Assembly (NCBI GenBank): GCA_016713875.1
Contig: JADJOI010000003.1
Span: 437,092 to 501,091 of the forward strand
DNA: 64,000 bases
DNA from: Flavobacteriales bacterium
GTDB taxonomy: Bacteria; Bacteroidota; Bacteroidia; Flavobacteriales_F; PHOS-HE28
Reading direction: 5' to 3'
Part shown: piece by piece, positions 18,288 to 27,393 of the stretch
Layout: every line of letters begins with the position of its first letter
Numbering within the stretch: the first letter of the stretch is position 1
Program-made: the position numbers and the translations under genes
Notes under the pieces: generated by a model
What the model was told of the DNA's origin: nothing
The model's input: only the letters and a program-made list of their open reading frames with translations
The model's database searches: none

Positions 18288-19236
18288 CGAAATCAGCGGC
18301 AGGCAGCAGCAGCTCGTAGCGCCGGCCTGCGGGGTTGGACAGGCGCGTCTCGCGCAGCCAGGGGTTCAACAGCTTCAGCACCTTGTAGGAGGTGCCCTGC
18401 TCGGACCCGAAGGCGGCCAGGTCGTTCACGGGCCCGTCCACCACGTGGATCCGCACCTTGTAGGGCGCGTACAGGTCCTTGGAGCGGATGTGGAAGCCGT
18501 AGCGGCCGGGGTCGGCCATGATCTCCTTCATCGCAAGGGCGCGGAACACGTAGCGCGAGGTCTCCTCCGGCAGCAGCAGGTCGTAATAGTCCTTGGCGTT
18601 CTGCCGGCCGATCTGTTTGTCGAGCCCACCGACGCCCAGGTTGTACGAGGCCATGGCCATCGCCCAGGAGCCGTATCGCGCATACGCCTCCTTCAGGTAG
18701 CGGGCGGCGGCGCGTGTGCTCTTCACCACGTTGTAGCGCTCATCCACCTCGGTGTTCACCTCCAGGCCGTACCGCGGGGCGGTGTCCTTCATGAACTGCC
18801 AGAACCCCGCAGCGCCCATGGGGCTCACGGCGTTGGTGAAGCCGCTCTCGATGAGGGAGATGTACTTGAGGTCCTCGGGCACACCCTCTTCAAGCAGCAC
18901 CTGTTCGATGAGGGGGAACCAGCGTGCGGCCCGTTTATGGGCCAGGATGGAATTGCTCTGCCAGTAGGTGTTCACCAGCAGCTCGCGGTCCAGCCGTTCG
19001 CGCACATCGAGCTTCTCCAGCGGTACGCGTTCGCCGCACAGCTCCACGGTGTTCGGCAGGGTGAGGGAGAAGATCTTGTAGCTGTCGTTGAAGTGCCGCT
19101 GGTGGTCAAGGTCGTTGTGCTCCTCGATCACCGCGTACGTGAACAGGTTGGCGCCCAGGACACCCGCCAGCAGAAGGGCTCCCGCCCCGGCGATGCGCAG
19201 GGCATGGACGAGCGGTGTGCGGGGTTCAGTGGCCAT
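18259..19236 (-). CDS. Lytic transglycosylase (SLT domain) protein
   Basis: SLT catalytic motif LIESGFTNAVSPMGAAGFWQFM. N-terminal membrane anchor. Start taken at MATEPRT (19236), 5 bp after the upstream gene stop. Confidence 0.8.
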   Translation of the reverse strand: MATEPRTPLVHALRIAGAGALLLAGVLGANLFTYAVIEEHNDLDHQRHFNDSYKIFSLTLPNTVELCGERVPLEKLDVRERLDRELLVNTYWQSNSILAHKRAARWFPLIEQVLLEEGVPEDLKYISLIESGFTNAVSPMGAAGFWQFMKDTAPRYGLEVNTEVDERYNVVKSTRAAARYLKEAYARYGSWAMAMASYNLGVGGLDKQIGRQNAKDYYDLLLPEETSRYVFRALAMKEIMADPGRYGFHIRSKDLYAPYKVRIHVVDGPVNDLAAFGSEQGTSYKVLKLLNPWLRETRLSNPAGRRYELLLPAADFDAAEGAQDQ

Positions 19237-20338
19237 GTTCGGGGGGGGGAGTGGGTCGTGGGCGCCGGGTGGGCAGGTAGAGCAGCAGGAAGACCGCGAC
19301 GGCGTACAGAACGAAGATCGCCGTGTGAAGGTTCCGCCACACGCCCACGAAGCGCAGGACCGCAAAGTTAAGGAACACGCTGAGGGCCCCCAGCGCACCG
19401 AAGGTGAGGGCCACCTGGGCATCGCTCAGGCCCAGGTAGCTCAGGTGGTGGGTGGTGTGGTCACGGCCGCCCACGAACGGGCTTCGCCCACGCCCGATGC
19501 GGTTGATCGTCACGGTGGTGGTGTCCGCGATGGGCAGCAGGAACACCACGAGGGTCATGATCGCCTGCCTCCAGTGCTCGTCCGCACCGGTGACGGGGGA
19601 GGGGGCGTTCCAGAAGCAGCGGATGCCCACGTAGGCGAGGTAGACGCCCAGGAACTGGCTGCCGGTGTCGCCCATGAACATCCGGCTGGGGTTCCAGTTG
19701 TAGAACAGGAATCCGGCCAGCGCGGCGATGGTGCCCACCAGCAGCACCATGTGGACGCCCTCCACCGGGCCGAGCATCAGGTGCACCACGAGCCCGTTCA
19801 GCAGGATGAAGACGGAGACCACCGTGGTGATGGCGTCCATGTTGTCCAGCATGTTGATGGAGTTCATGATGCCGACGACCCACACGATCGTGAGGAGCAT
19901 ATCGGCCCAAGGCGCGTGGAAGAACCGGATGCCATTGCCCGAGGCGACGAGGAGGGCACCGCAGCCCACTTGGGCCAGGAACTTCAGAACGGGGCGTGTG
20001 TTGTAGGCGTCGTCGGCGAGGCCGAGCAGAAAACCGAGCGAGGTGGCGGCGATGAGGCCCAGGAGACCGGGTTGCCAGAGCGGGGCCAGCGCGGGGAAGA
20101 AGACACCGTTCACCGAGAAGGCGCCGAGGAAAACGATGAAGAAGGCGATGCCGCCGAAGGCCGGTTTATGCGTGGCGCTCCAGCGGACCAGGTCCGTGTT
20201 GTGTTCACGCGAGCCCAGCGTTCGGGCGAACCGCATGAACAGGGAGTTGATCAGGAGCGAGAAGAGGACCGCGGCGAAGAAGAGGCCGGAGTAGATGAGG
20301 AAGAGCTGGGCCGGGGTGTACATGGCCGGGCTAGGCAA
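19226..20338 (-). CDS. Undecaprenyl-phosphate sugar-1-phosphate transferase (MraY/WecA family)
   Basis: About 10 TM helices. Conserved DDxxN-like and NSINMLDNMD motifs of the polyprenyl-phosphate N-acetylhexosamine-1-P transferase family. Start could be 20338 or 20323. Confidence 0.8.
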   Translation of the reverse strand: MPSPAMYTPAQLFLIYSGLFFAAVLFSLLINSLFMRFARTLGSREHNTDLVRWSATHKPAFGGIAFFIVFLGAFSVNGVFFPALAPLWQPGLLGLIAATSLGFLLGLADDAYNTRPVLKFLAQVGCGALLVASGNGIRFFHAPWADMLLTIVWVVGIMNSINMLDNMDAITTVVSVFILLNGLVVHLMLGPVEGVHMVLLVGTIAALAGFLFYNWNPSRMFMGDTGSQFLGVYLAYVGIRCFWNAPSPVTGADEHWRQAIMTLVVFLLPIADTTTVTINRIGRGRSPFVGGRDHTTHHLSYLGLSDAQVALTFGALGALSVFLNFAVLRFVGVWRNLHTAIFVLYAVAVFLLLYLPTRRPRPTPPPEHGH

Positions 20339-20879
20339 GCGTGGGCAGAAGGTCCTTCAACGGAAGGCCGGCCTGGTCCTTGGCGTTCACGATGGGCCCG
20401 GTCACCCCCCAGTCGATCGCGAGGGCGGGGTCGTTCCACAGGAGGGTGCGTTCGGCCGCCGGGTCCCAATAACGGGAGCACTTGTACTGGAAGAGGGTGT
20501 TGTCCTCCAGCACCGCAAGGCCGTGGGCGAATCCCTCCGGGATGAACAGCATCACCGGTGCGCTCTCGTCGAGCCGGATGCTGAAGTGCCGACCCCGGGT
20601 GGGGCTGTCGGCACGCAGGTCCACGCATACATCGAGAACGGCGCCGCGCGCCACGCGCACGAGCTTGGCCTGGGCCGAGGCGCCCGTCTGCAGGTGCAGT
20701 CCACGCAGCACGTTCCGGCGCGATACCGATTCGTTGTCCTGTACGAAGCGCACGTTGAGCCCTGTGGACGCAGCGAAGGTCCGCTCGTTGAAGCTTTCCA
20801 GGAAGTGGCCCCGGTCGTCGCGGTGCACGGCAGGTCGCAGCACCAGCAGGCCATCAAGGGGAGTGGTCTCGATCCGCAT
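20331..20879 (-). CDS. rfbC: dTDP-4-dehydrorhamnose 3,5-epimerase
   Basis: 182 aa. Cupin-fold RmlC motifs (DDRGHFLESF, RGLHLQ, FIPEGFAHGL). Confidence 0.9.
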   Translation of the reverse strand: MRIETTPLDGLLVLRPAVHRDDRGHFLESFNERTFAASTGLNVRFVQDNESVSRRNVLRGLHLQTGASAQAKLVRVARGAVLDVCVDLRADSPTRGRHFSIRLDESAPVMLFIPEGFAHGLAVLEDNTLFQYKCSRYWDPAAERTLLWNDPALAIDWGVTGPIVNAKDQAGLPLKDLLPTLA

Positions 20880-23359
20880 CAGGCCCTGCCGGTGAGTTTG
20901 CCCAGAAGTCCCTTGCGGCGACCGCCCTTGCCGCCCTTCCGGTCGCCACGGTCCTCGTAATAGCCGTAGCCCGTGCCATAGCCGTGGCCATAGCCATAGC
21001 CGTAGCCGTAGCCATAGCCGTAGTTGTAGCCGTACTTATTGCGGTCGATGTCCACACCGTTCAGGATGGTGGTGATGCGGGTGATGCGGTTCTCGTTGAT
21101 CAGGCGGTCCACGTTGTGGATGAAGGCCTTCTTGCTGTAGTCCGAGCGGAAGATGTAGATGGGATAGTCCGCACGCTGGATCATGGCGATGCCGTCCGTG
21201 ACCAGGCCCACGGGCGGGTTGTCGATCAGGATCACGTCGTACGACTTCTTGAGCTCTTCGATGATGAGGTTCATGCGTTCACTGATCACCAGTTCCGACG
21301 GGTTGGGCGGGATGGGGCCGGCGGTGATGAAGTACAGGTTCTCGAGGGCGCTCTGCTGGATGCAGTTCTCCAGCGTGTCCTTGTTGATGAGCAGGGTGCT
21401 CATGCCGCGGATGTTGTCCACGCCGAAGCCCAGGTGGATCTTGGGTTTCCGCATGTCGAGGTCGAGCACGATGACGCGCTTTCCGCTGAACGCGATGATG
21501 CCTGCGAGGTTGATGGCCACGAAGGTCTTCCCCTCGCCGCTGATGGTGCTGGTGATGGCGATGAGCTTTGGCCCCGGGGTATTGTCCACGAACTGCATGT
21601 TCGTGCGCACGGTTCTGAAGCTCTCGGCGATGAGGCTCTTGGGGTTCTTATCCACGAGCAGCTGGCTGATGGGGATCTCCTTCTTGTACTTGGGGATCAT
21701 GCCCAGGATGCCGATGGACGCGCTGGAGGTCTTGGCGATGTCGTTCAGCGAGGTGATGTTGTCGTGAAGCACATAGCGCACCAGAACGATGAGGAAGCTG
21801 ATCACCAGCCCGGTGAGCAGGTAGGAGAACAACACCAGGTTGCGGTTGGGCGCCATCGGCATCGCAGGGATCACCGGTCGCTCGAGGACCTTGTTGTCCG
21901 GCACGAAGCCCGCACGGCTGATCCGGTACTCGATGTCCTTCTCCAGCAGCAGGGTATAGTACTTCTCGTTGATCTGGAACAGGCGGTCGATGCGGGCGAA
22001 CTCGAGCTCCTTCTCGGGAAGTGTGAGGAAGCGGGCCTCATGCTGGAGGATGATGTCCTCGTATTCCTTCACCTTGTCGGTGAGCCTCGAGCGCAGGCTC
22101 CGGATGCTGTTCACCACGAGGCCCTTCTGCACTTGGATGCGGTGCTCGACGTCGCGTACGGCCTGGTTGCTGGGCGTGGCCTCCAGGAAGAGCTCCTCAC
22201 GTTCGAGGAGCAGTTTCTGGAGCGATTCGATCATGGTGGTGAGCGAACGTTCGTAGGTGGTGCCGACGAGCAGGGGCATCAGATTGTAGACGTCGATGTC
22301 GCCCAGGGCTTTGTCCGTGGATTGCTCAATGGCGGAAAGCAGGTCCATCTCCACCCGCACTTCCACGATCCGGTCCTCGTACTCGCGCACCCGGTTCAGG
22401 TAGATCGGTGTCAGCTCGCTCATGTCGGACACCTTGTTCTCCATCTTGAAGGCCTGCATCCGGTACTCGGACTCGCGCAGCTTGTCGAACACGGTGTCCT
22501 TCTGCGATTCGATGAACCGCAGGATGCTCTCGGCGCTTTCGCGCATGCGCTCCACATCGTATCCGATGTAGGTCTCGGCCATGGCCTCGGCCAGGTCGCG
22601 GGCCAGCACGGGGTTGGCATCGCGGCAGTCAATGGCCACGGTCCGGGCATCGTTGTCCAGGATGCGGGCGTCGATCTGCTTGGAGTACTGGGCCACCAGG
22701 CTCGATGGACTGTTGATGCGGAAGAAGGTCGAGCCGTCCGCCTCCATGCGTTCCATCATCGCCACGTCATCAAGCCACACGCTGCAGCGGAAATGAGGAG
22801 TGGTGATGCGTTCGTTGAGGTCGAAGGTGAGGGTGAGCGGCTGGCCGGCCACGGCATAGGAGAAGGTGGCCTTTCCCTCGGTCTTCAGATCGATGAAGAT
22901 GGGCATGTCGCGCACCCGGGGATCGAGCACCTCCACATCCTCGATGCGGAAGAAGGTCCCGGTGTACAGCTCGTTGGTGAGGATCTGGCCCTTGTAGAAG
23001 TAACTGACCTCGAGCGGAAGCTTGCGCAGCGCCTTGTCGATGAAGAACTTCGAGCGGAGGAGCTCCACATCGGCCAGCAGGTTCTTGTCCTCCACGAACT
23101 GGTTCATTTCCAGCACCAGCTGGGCGTTGTTGCTCTCGCGGATCTGCAGGATGGCGCCGCTCTTGAAGGTGGGGGCGGTGTATCGCAGGTAGAGGTAGGC
23201 CGCGGCGCCCGACAGGATGATGCAGAGCATGATCCAGACGGACGATCGTTTGATGATGTACAGGAACAGCCCGAGGTCGAACTCGTTGCTGAAGTTCGTG
23301 ATCCGCTCCCGATAGCTGTCGAGGGTGATGTTCCGCTGGCTGACGTCCTCGTTCAGCAT
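20879..23359 (-). CDS. Polysaccharide co-polymerase / tyrosine autokinase (Wzc/BY-kinase family)
   Basis: N-terminal Wzz-like chain-length determinant region with 2 TM segments. C-terminal kinase with Walker A ISGEGKTFV. Tyr-rich C-terminal tail YGYNYGYGYGYGYGYGHGYGTGYGYY. Confidence 0.85.
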   Translation of the reverse strand: MLNEDVSQRNITLDSYRERITNFSNEFDLGLFLYIIKRSSVWIMLCIILSGAAAYLYLRYTAPTFKSGAILQIRESNNAQLVLEMNQFVEDKNLLADVELLRSKFFIDKALRKLPLEVSYFYKGQILTNELYTGTFFRIEDVEVLDPRVRDMPIFIDLKTEGKATFSYAVAGQPLTLTFDLNERITTPHFRCSVWLDDVAMMERMEADGSTFFRINSPSSLVAQYSKQIDARILDNDARTVAIDCRDANPVLARDLAEAMAETYIGYDVERMRESAESILRFIESQKDTVFDKLRESEYRMQAFKMENKVSDMSELTPIYLNRVREYEDRIVEVRVEMDLLSAIEQSTDKALGDIDVYNLMPLLVGTTYERSLTTMIESLQKLLLEREELFLEATPSNQAVRDVEHRIQVQKGLVVNSIRSLRSRLTDKVKEYEDIILQHEARFLTLPEKELEFARIDRLFQINEKYYTLLLEKDIEYRISRAGFVPDNKVLERPVIPAMPMAPNRNLVLFSYLLTGLVISFLIVLVRYVLHDNITSLNDIAKTSSASIGILGMIPKYKKEIPISQLLVDKNPKSLIAESFRTVRTNMQFVDNTPGPKLIAITSTISGEGKTFVAINLAGIIAFSGKRVIVLDLDMRKPKIHLGFGVDNIRGMSTLLINKDTLENCIQQSALENLYFITAGPIPPNPSELVISERMNLIIEELKKSYDVILIDNPPVGLVTDGIAMIQRADYPIYIFRSDYSKKAFIHNVDRLINENRITRITTILNGVDIDRNKYGYNYGYGYGYGYGYGHGYGTGYGYYEDRGDRKGGKGGRRKGLLGKLTGRA
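20958..21036 (-). repeat. Coding tandem repeat (gccata/gccgta units) encoding the GY-repeat tail of Wzc
   Basis: Visible 6-nt periodic repeat ccatagccgtagccgtagccatagcc in the sequence. Confidence 0.8.
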
Positions 23360-23366
23360 GCTGGTG

Positions 23367-24146
23367 CTATTGGAAGCCCCGGATGATGCCGATCACCAGC
23401 ACCACGCTGGTGAGCAGGGTGATGATCGGGGTGATGTCGGCGAGCACCTCGCGCACAAGCTCCGGGTTCGGTTCCACGTACACCACGTCGTCCGAGAACA
23501 TGACCATGTCCGCATGCCTCAGCCCTTCGATGTCCGTGAGGTCGAACTGGAAGATCTGCCTGCCCCCGGCGGGGTCGCGCCGGAAGACCTTCACCTTGTG
23601 GGCGTTGCCGCGCTTCGCCACCCCCCGTGCGCTCGCCAGCACCTCAAGCAGGGTGGTGTTCGCGTTCTCCAGAGGCACCACCACCGCATCGCCGCCCCCG
23701 CCCGGGAAGACGACCACACGGCGGTTGGTCACGCTCAACTGGACGAAAGGCCGGTTGTAGAACTCCATGTAGCGCTGTTCCAGCCAGGTCTCGGCCTCCC
23801 GAAGGGTCTTGCCCGATAGGGTGACGCGGCCGAGCAGCGGCAGCTTCACGTTGCCATCGGGCTCCACCAGGTAGTTGAACTGCAGGCGCTGCATGCTACG
23901 CGCATTATCCGCCCCGGTGCCGATGGACACCATGTCGATCATCTTGAACCCGTCGTTGGCGAAGAGCCGGAACTGCAGGTAATCGTTCGGCTGGATCTTG
24001 AACGCCAGGTCCACCGTGTCGGGTACCGAGTCGAACTGATAGCCCAGCGGTGTCTTGAACATGATGTCGCGGTTGATGGTGCAACCGCCGCCCATCAACA
24101 CCGCCACCGCCAACACCACCAAAGGCCCAAGACGTGCCGTTCGCAT
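23367..24146 (-). CDS. Polysaccharide export outer-membrane lipoprotein (Wza/Poly_export family)
   Basis: Lipoprotein signal (LMGGGC). Poly_export/SLBB-like sequence. C-terminal amphipathic TM helix (ITLLTSVVLVIGIIRGFQ). Start taken at MRTARLG. Confidence 0.8.
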   Translation of the reverse strand: MRTARLGPLVVLAVAVLMGGGCTINRDIMFKTPLGYQFDSVPDTVDLAFKIQPNDYLQFRLFANDGFKMIDMVSIGTGADNARSMQRLQFNYLVEPDGNVKLPLLGRVTLSGKTLREAETWLEQRYMEFYNRPFVQLSVTNRRVVVFPGGGGDAVVVPLENANTTLLEVLASARGVAKRGNAHKVKVFRRDPAGGRQIFQFDLTDIEGLRHADMVMFSDDVVYVEPNPELVREVLADITPIITLLTSVVLVIGIIRGFQ

Positions 24147-24175
24147 CGCGCAAAAGTAGCGTTCTGGCCCCACGG

Positions 24176-25402
24176 TCAGTTCAGCAGGGCATCGTACAGA
24201 CGGGCGGTATCGTCCACCAGGCGTGTGTAGTGGTAGCGCTGGCGCACGAAGTCCCATCCCTGCCCGCCCATCCGGCCCCGCAGCGCATCGTCCTCCACCA
24301 CACGCAGGATGGCCTCGGTCATCGTGGCCAGGTCGCCCGATGGGCTCAGCAACGCCGACCGGTCCGGCAGGACCACGTTCTCAACGCCGCCCACACGGGT
24401 GGTCACCACCGGCCGGTCCGAGGCCTGCGCCTCGATCAGGCTCACCGGTGTGCCCTCGTTCAGCGAGGTGAGGACCACGAGGTCGACACCGGCGTAGACG
24501 ATGTCCACCTCCTTGATCCAGGAGGTGAAGGTGATCGTGGCCTGGGGCACCACGGCACCTGACCCGGCGCCGTGGCCGAAGCCATGTCCGTTGAAGATGG
24601 GGCCCACGGCGTGGCTCAATCCGAGCTCCTTGACCCGCGCTTCCAAGTGGTCGCGTTCCTCACCGTCGCCCACGATGAACGCGCGCACACGCCGTTGGGT
24701 GCGTCGGGCGACCGCGGCCATGGCCTCCAGGAAGAGGTCGTGGTTCTTGATCGGGACGAGCCGGCCGACGATGGCGATGGCGATCTCGTCGTCGGCCACG
24801 CCGTAGACACTTCGGAAGAAGGCCCGCTTCTGTGCGCGGTCCTCCCGGAACCGGCTGAGGTCGAAGCCCAGGGGGATCACGCTCACCTTGTCCCCGGGAC
24901 AGATCCGGTGCTCGTCCACCAGTTCGTGCTTCTGCTTCTCGCTGATGGCGATGATGCGACTGCTGCGGCGGGCGAGGAAGCGCTCGATGTTCTTGTACAG
25001 CGCGGTACGCACCGGACCGAAGTAGCTGTGGAAGACGTGGCCGTGGAAGGTGTGGACGATGGCCTTCACGCCGAGGTCCGCGGCCGCCATGCGCCCTACC
25101 GCACCGGCCTTGGCGGCGTGGGTGTGCACGATGTCCGGCTTGAACTCGCGGATGAGCTGTTTGATGCGTCGGTAGGCGCCCCTGTCGCGCCAAGGGGCCA
25201 CCTCGCGCTGCAGCTCCGGCAGGATCATGGCCTCCACTCCGAGGGAACGGAGAATGTGATGGCTGCCTTCCTCGGTGGCCTCCTGGCTGCCCCCCACGAG
25301 CAGGGTCTCATAGTCCCCGGGCAGGTAGCGGGTCAGGTAGGCGGCGTTGTGCGTGGGCCCCCCGAGGTTGAAGCGGTTGATGATCCGGAGGATACGAGGC
25401 AT
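24176..25402 (-). CDS. Glycosyltransferase family 4 (GT-B, retaining)
   Basis: 408 aa with typical GT4 architecture and an EX7E-like C-terminal region (SLNEGTPVSLIEAQASDRPVV). Confidence 0.85.
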   Translation of the reverse strand: MPRILRIINRFNLGGPTHNAAYLTRYLPGDYETLLVGGSQEATEEGSHHILRSLGVEAMILPELQREVAPWRDRGAYRRIKQLIREFKPDIVHTHAAKAGAVGRMAAADLGVKAIVHTFHGHVFHSYFGPVRTALYKNIERFLARRSSRIIAISEKQKHELVDEHRICPGDKVSVIPLGFDLSRFREDRAQKRAFFRSVYGVADDEIAIAIVGRLVPIKNHDLFLEAMAAVARRTQRRVRAFIVGDGEERDHLEARVKELGLSHAVGPIFNGHGFGHGAGSGAVVPQATITFTSWIKEVDIVYAGVDLVVLTSLNEGTPVSLIEAQASDRPVVTTRVGGVENVVLPDRSALLSPSGDLATMTEAILRVVEDDALRGRMGGQGWDFVRQRYHYTRLVDDTARLYDALLN

Positions 25403-25439
25403 GGGCCGACGGCAAAGGTAACGGGGGCGCAGGAAGGGC

Positions 25440-27311
25440 TCAGGCCATGTACCGCCGCCACCACGTCAGATAGACGATGAGGGCATGCACGGTTGCCTGC
25501 GAACTTCCGGGCGAAGGGCCATGGAACCGGTTGAGCACCTGCCGGACGGCACCTGGCTCGAGGCCAGCGGCACGGAGCAGCTCGGTATCCGCACAGGTGG
25601 CCAGGCGGTCGGCCAATGGCCCTTTGAGCAGGGGGGTCAGCGGTACCTCGAAGCCGCGCTTGGCCCGGGTCAATGTGCCTTGGGGCAGCAGGTCCCCGAA
25701 GGCTTCGCGCAGCAGCTGCTTTCCCGAACCCTTGCGGAACTTGACCTCGGACGGAAGGGCGAAGGCCAGCTCCACCACACGCCGGTCCAGGAACGGGGTG
25801 CGTACCTCAAGGGCGTGCGCCATGCTGGTCAGGTCCACCTTGCGCAGCATGTCGTCGGGCAGCACGGTGTGCACATCCGCCCACAACAGGCCGTTGAGGT
25901 CGCGGTGCGCGGCCAGGGGGGCGGTGATCGCGGCCCGACGCTGCGCGAAGGCCCCTTCGTCGGATGCAGGATCCAGGAGGGTGGCGGCATCGAGCTCCTC
26001 GTCCCACGAGGCCAGGAGCAGGTATCGGTCCTCCGCGCTCAGCGCTGCGCTTCGTGCGAACCGGTCCAGCTGGCGCACTTTATCGGCCAGTGGGTGGTTG
26101 CGCGAACGGGGCAGTACCCTCCACAAGGGGGAGCCCAGCAGGGCCAGCCGCTCCACCGTCCCGGGTGCGCGAACGCGGAGCTCGGCCTGGTGTTTCCGGT
26201 ATCCGCCGAAGACCTCGTCCGCGCCATCACCGCTCAGGGCCACGGTCACTTGCTGCCGTGTGCGGGCGTTCAGCACGTAGCTGGGCAGGGCGCTCTGGTC
26301 CGCGAAGGGCTCGTCCAGCGCGGCCAGCAGATCGTCGTAGCTGGCGGCCAGGTCATCGTGCCCCAGGGTGAAGGTGGTGTGGTCGGTGCCCAGATGGCGC
26401 GCCACGGCCTCGGCGAAGGGGGTCTCGTCGTAGTACGCCTCGGTGTAGCCGATGCTGAAGGTGCGCAGGTCGGGTTTGTGGCGCCTGGCCAGTGCGCTCA
26501 CGATGCTGCTGTCCAGGCCGCCGCTGAGAAAGGTGCCCACGGGCACGTCGCTCACCAGCCGGATCCGCACGGCGTCATCCATCAGGTCGCGGAGCCGCTG
26601 CACGGGGTCCGAAGGCACGGGGGTCTTCGCCGCTTCGGCCTCCGCCTCGTACCAGCGGGCGGTGCGGATGCCCTGGGCATCCACCATCAGGCTGTGGCCG
26701 GGCCGCAGCTTGTGCACACCTTCCAGGATGGTGTGCGGCGCAGGGATGTAGTAGTGCGTGAAATAGGTGCGCAGTGACACGCGGTCCAGCCGGCGCGGAG
26801 CCCCCAGGGCCAGGAGGGCGCCCAGCTCGCTGGCGAACATCACCGTGTCCTCGTGCAGGCACCACAGCAGGGGCTTCACCCCGAACCGGTCGCGGGCCAG
26901 GAAGAGCGTGTCCTCCTGGGCATCGTGGATGGCCAGGGCGAAGAAACCATTGAGGTCGTGCAGGAAGGCCGGTCCTTTCAGGGCGAAGAGCCGCAGGGCC
27001 ACCTCGGTGTCAGTGCGGCTCTTGAAGCGGTGGCCCTGGGCTTCCAGCCTGGCGCGCAGCTCGGCGAAGTTGAACACCTCGCCATTGAAGACGATGGTAT
27101 ACCGGCCCTCCAGGTCGGTGAACGGCTGGTGCCCGGCGGCCGATGTGTCGATGATGCTCAGGCGACGGTGGCCGAGCACTGCGCGTCCCGCCCGGTGCAC
27201 GCCCTCGTCATCCGGCCCCCGATGGGCGATGCAGGCCAGCGCGGCCCGGATGCGCTCGTCCGACGGGGCCGGCCCGCCGCCCAGATGGTAGGTGCCGGCG
27301 ATGCCGCACAT
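25440..27311 (-). CDS. asnB: Asparagine synthase (glutamine-hydrolysing)
   Basis: N-terminal MCGIAG class-II amidotransferase nucleophile. PP-loop SGGLDSS in the synthetase domain. 623 aa. Confidence 0.9.
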   Translation of the reverse strand: MCGIAGTYHLGGGPAPSDERIRAALACIAHRGPDDEGVHRAGRAVLGHRRLSIIDTSAAGHQPFTDLEGRYTIVFNGEVFNFAELRARLEAQGHRFKSRTDTEVALRLFALKGPAFLHDLNGFFALAIHDAQEDTLFLARDRFGVKPLLWCLHEDTVMFASELGALLALGAPRRLDRVSLRTYFTHYYIPAPHTILEGVHKLRPGHSLMVDAQGIRTARWYEAEAEAAKTPVPSDPVQRLRDLMDDAVRIRLVSDVPVGTFLSGGLDSSIVSALARRHKPDLRTFSIGYTEAYYDETPFAEAVARHLGTDHTTFTLGHDDLAASYDDLLAALDEPFADQSALPSYVLNARTRQQVTVALSGDGADEVFGGYRKHQAELRVRAPGTVERLALLGSPLWRVLPRSRNHPLADKVRQLDRFARSAALSAEDRYLLLASWDEELDAATLLDPASDEGAFAQRRAAITAPLAAHRDLNGLLWADVHTVLPDDMLRKVDLTSMAHALEVRTPFLDRRVVELAFALPSEVKFRKGSGKQLLREAFGDLLPQGTLTRAKRGFEVPLTPLLKGPLADRLATCADTELLRAAGLEPGAVRQVLNRFHGPSPGSSQATVHALIVYLTWWRRYMA

Positions 27312-27393
27312 CGGAGAAAGCTGAAGGTTGAAAGCCGAAAGCTGAGAGCCGAAAGGACCGCCCGTTCAATGCTCAGCTCTCACGTTTCCCATG

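Noticed and set aside
16182-18521. 779-aa ORF on the + strand (and similar long ORFs 10977..14564+, 6526..8406+, 20984..23386+, 3358..4611-, 49423..50787-, 56443..57942+)
   Set aside because: They lie antisense to strongly supported genes (uvrA, A2M, wzc, the S1 protease, MFS, the aminotransferase). They have Arg/Ala/Gly/His-rich low-complexity translations with no motifs. This is typical of stop-codon-poor antisense frames in about 68% GC DNA.
27312-27393. gaaagc(t/c)ga micro-repeats and a possible terminator hairpin downstream of lpd
   Set aside because: Only a 7-bp stem (agctgag/ctcagct) with a 29-nt loop and no U-tract. The repeat units are degenerate. Too weak to call.
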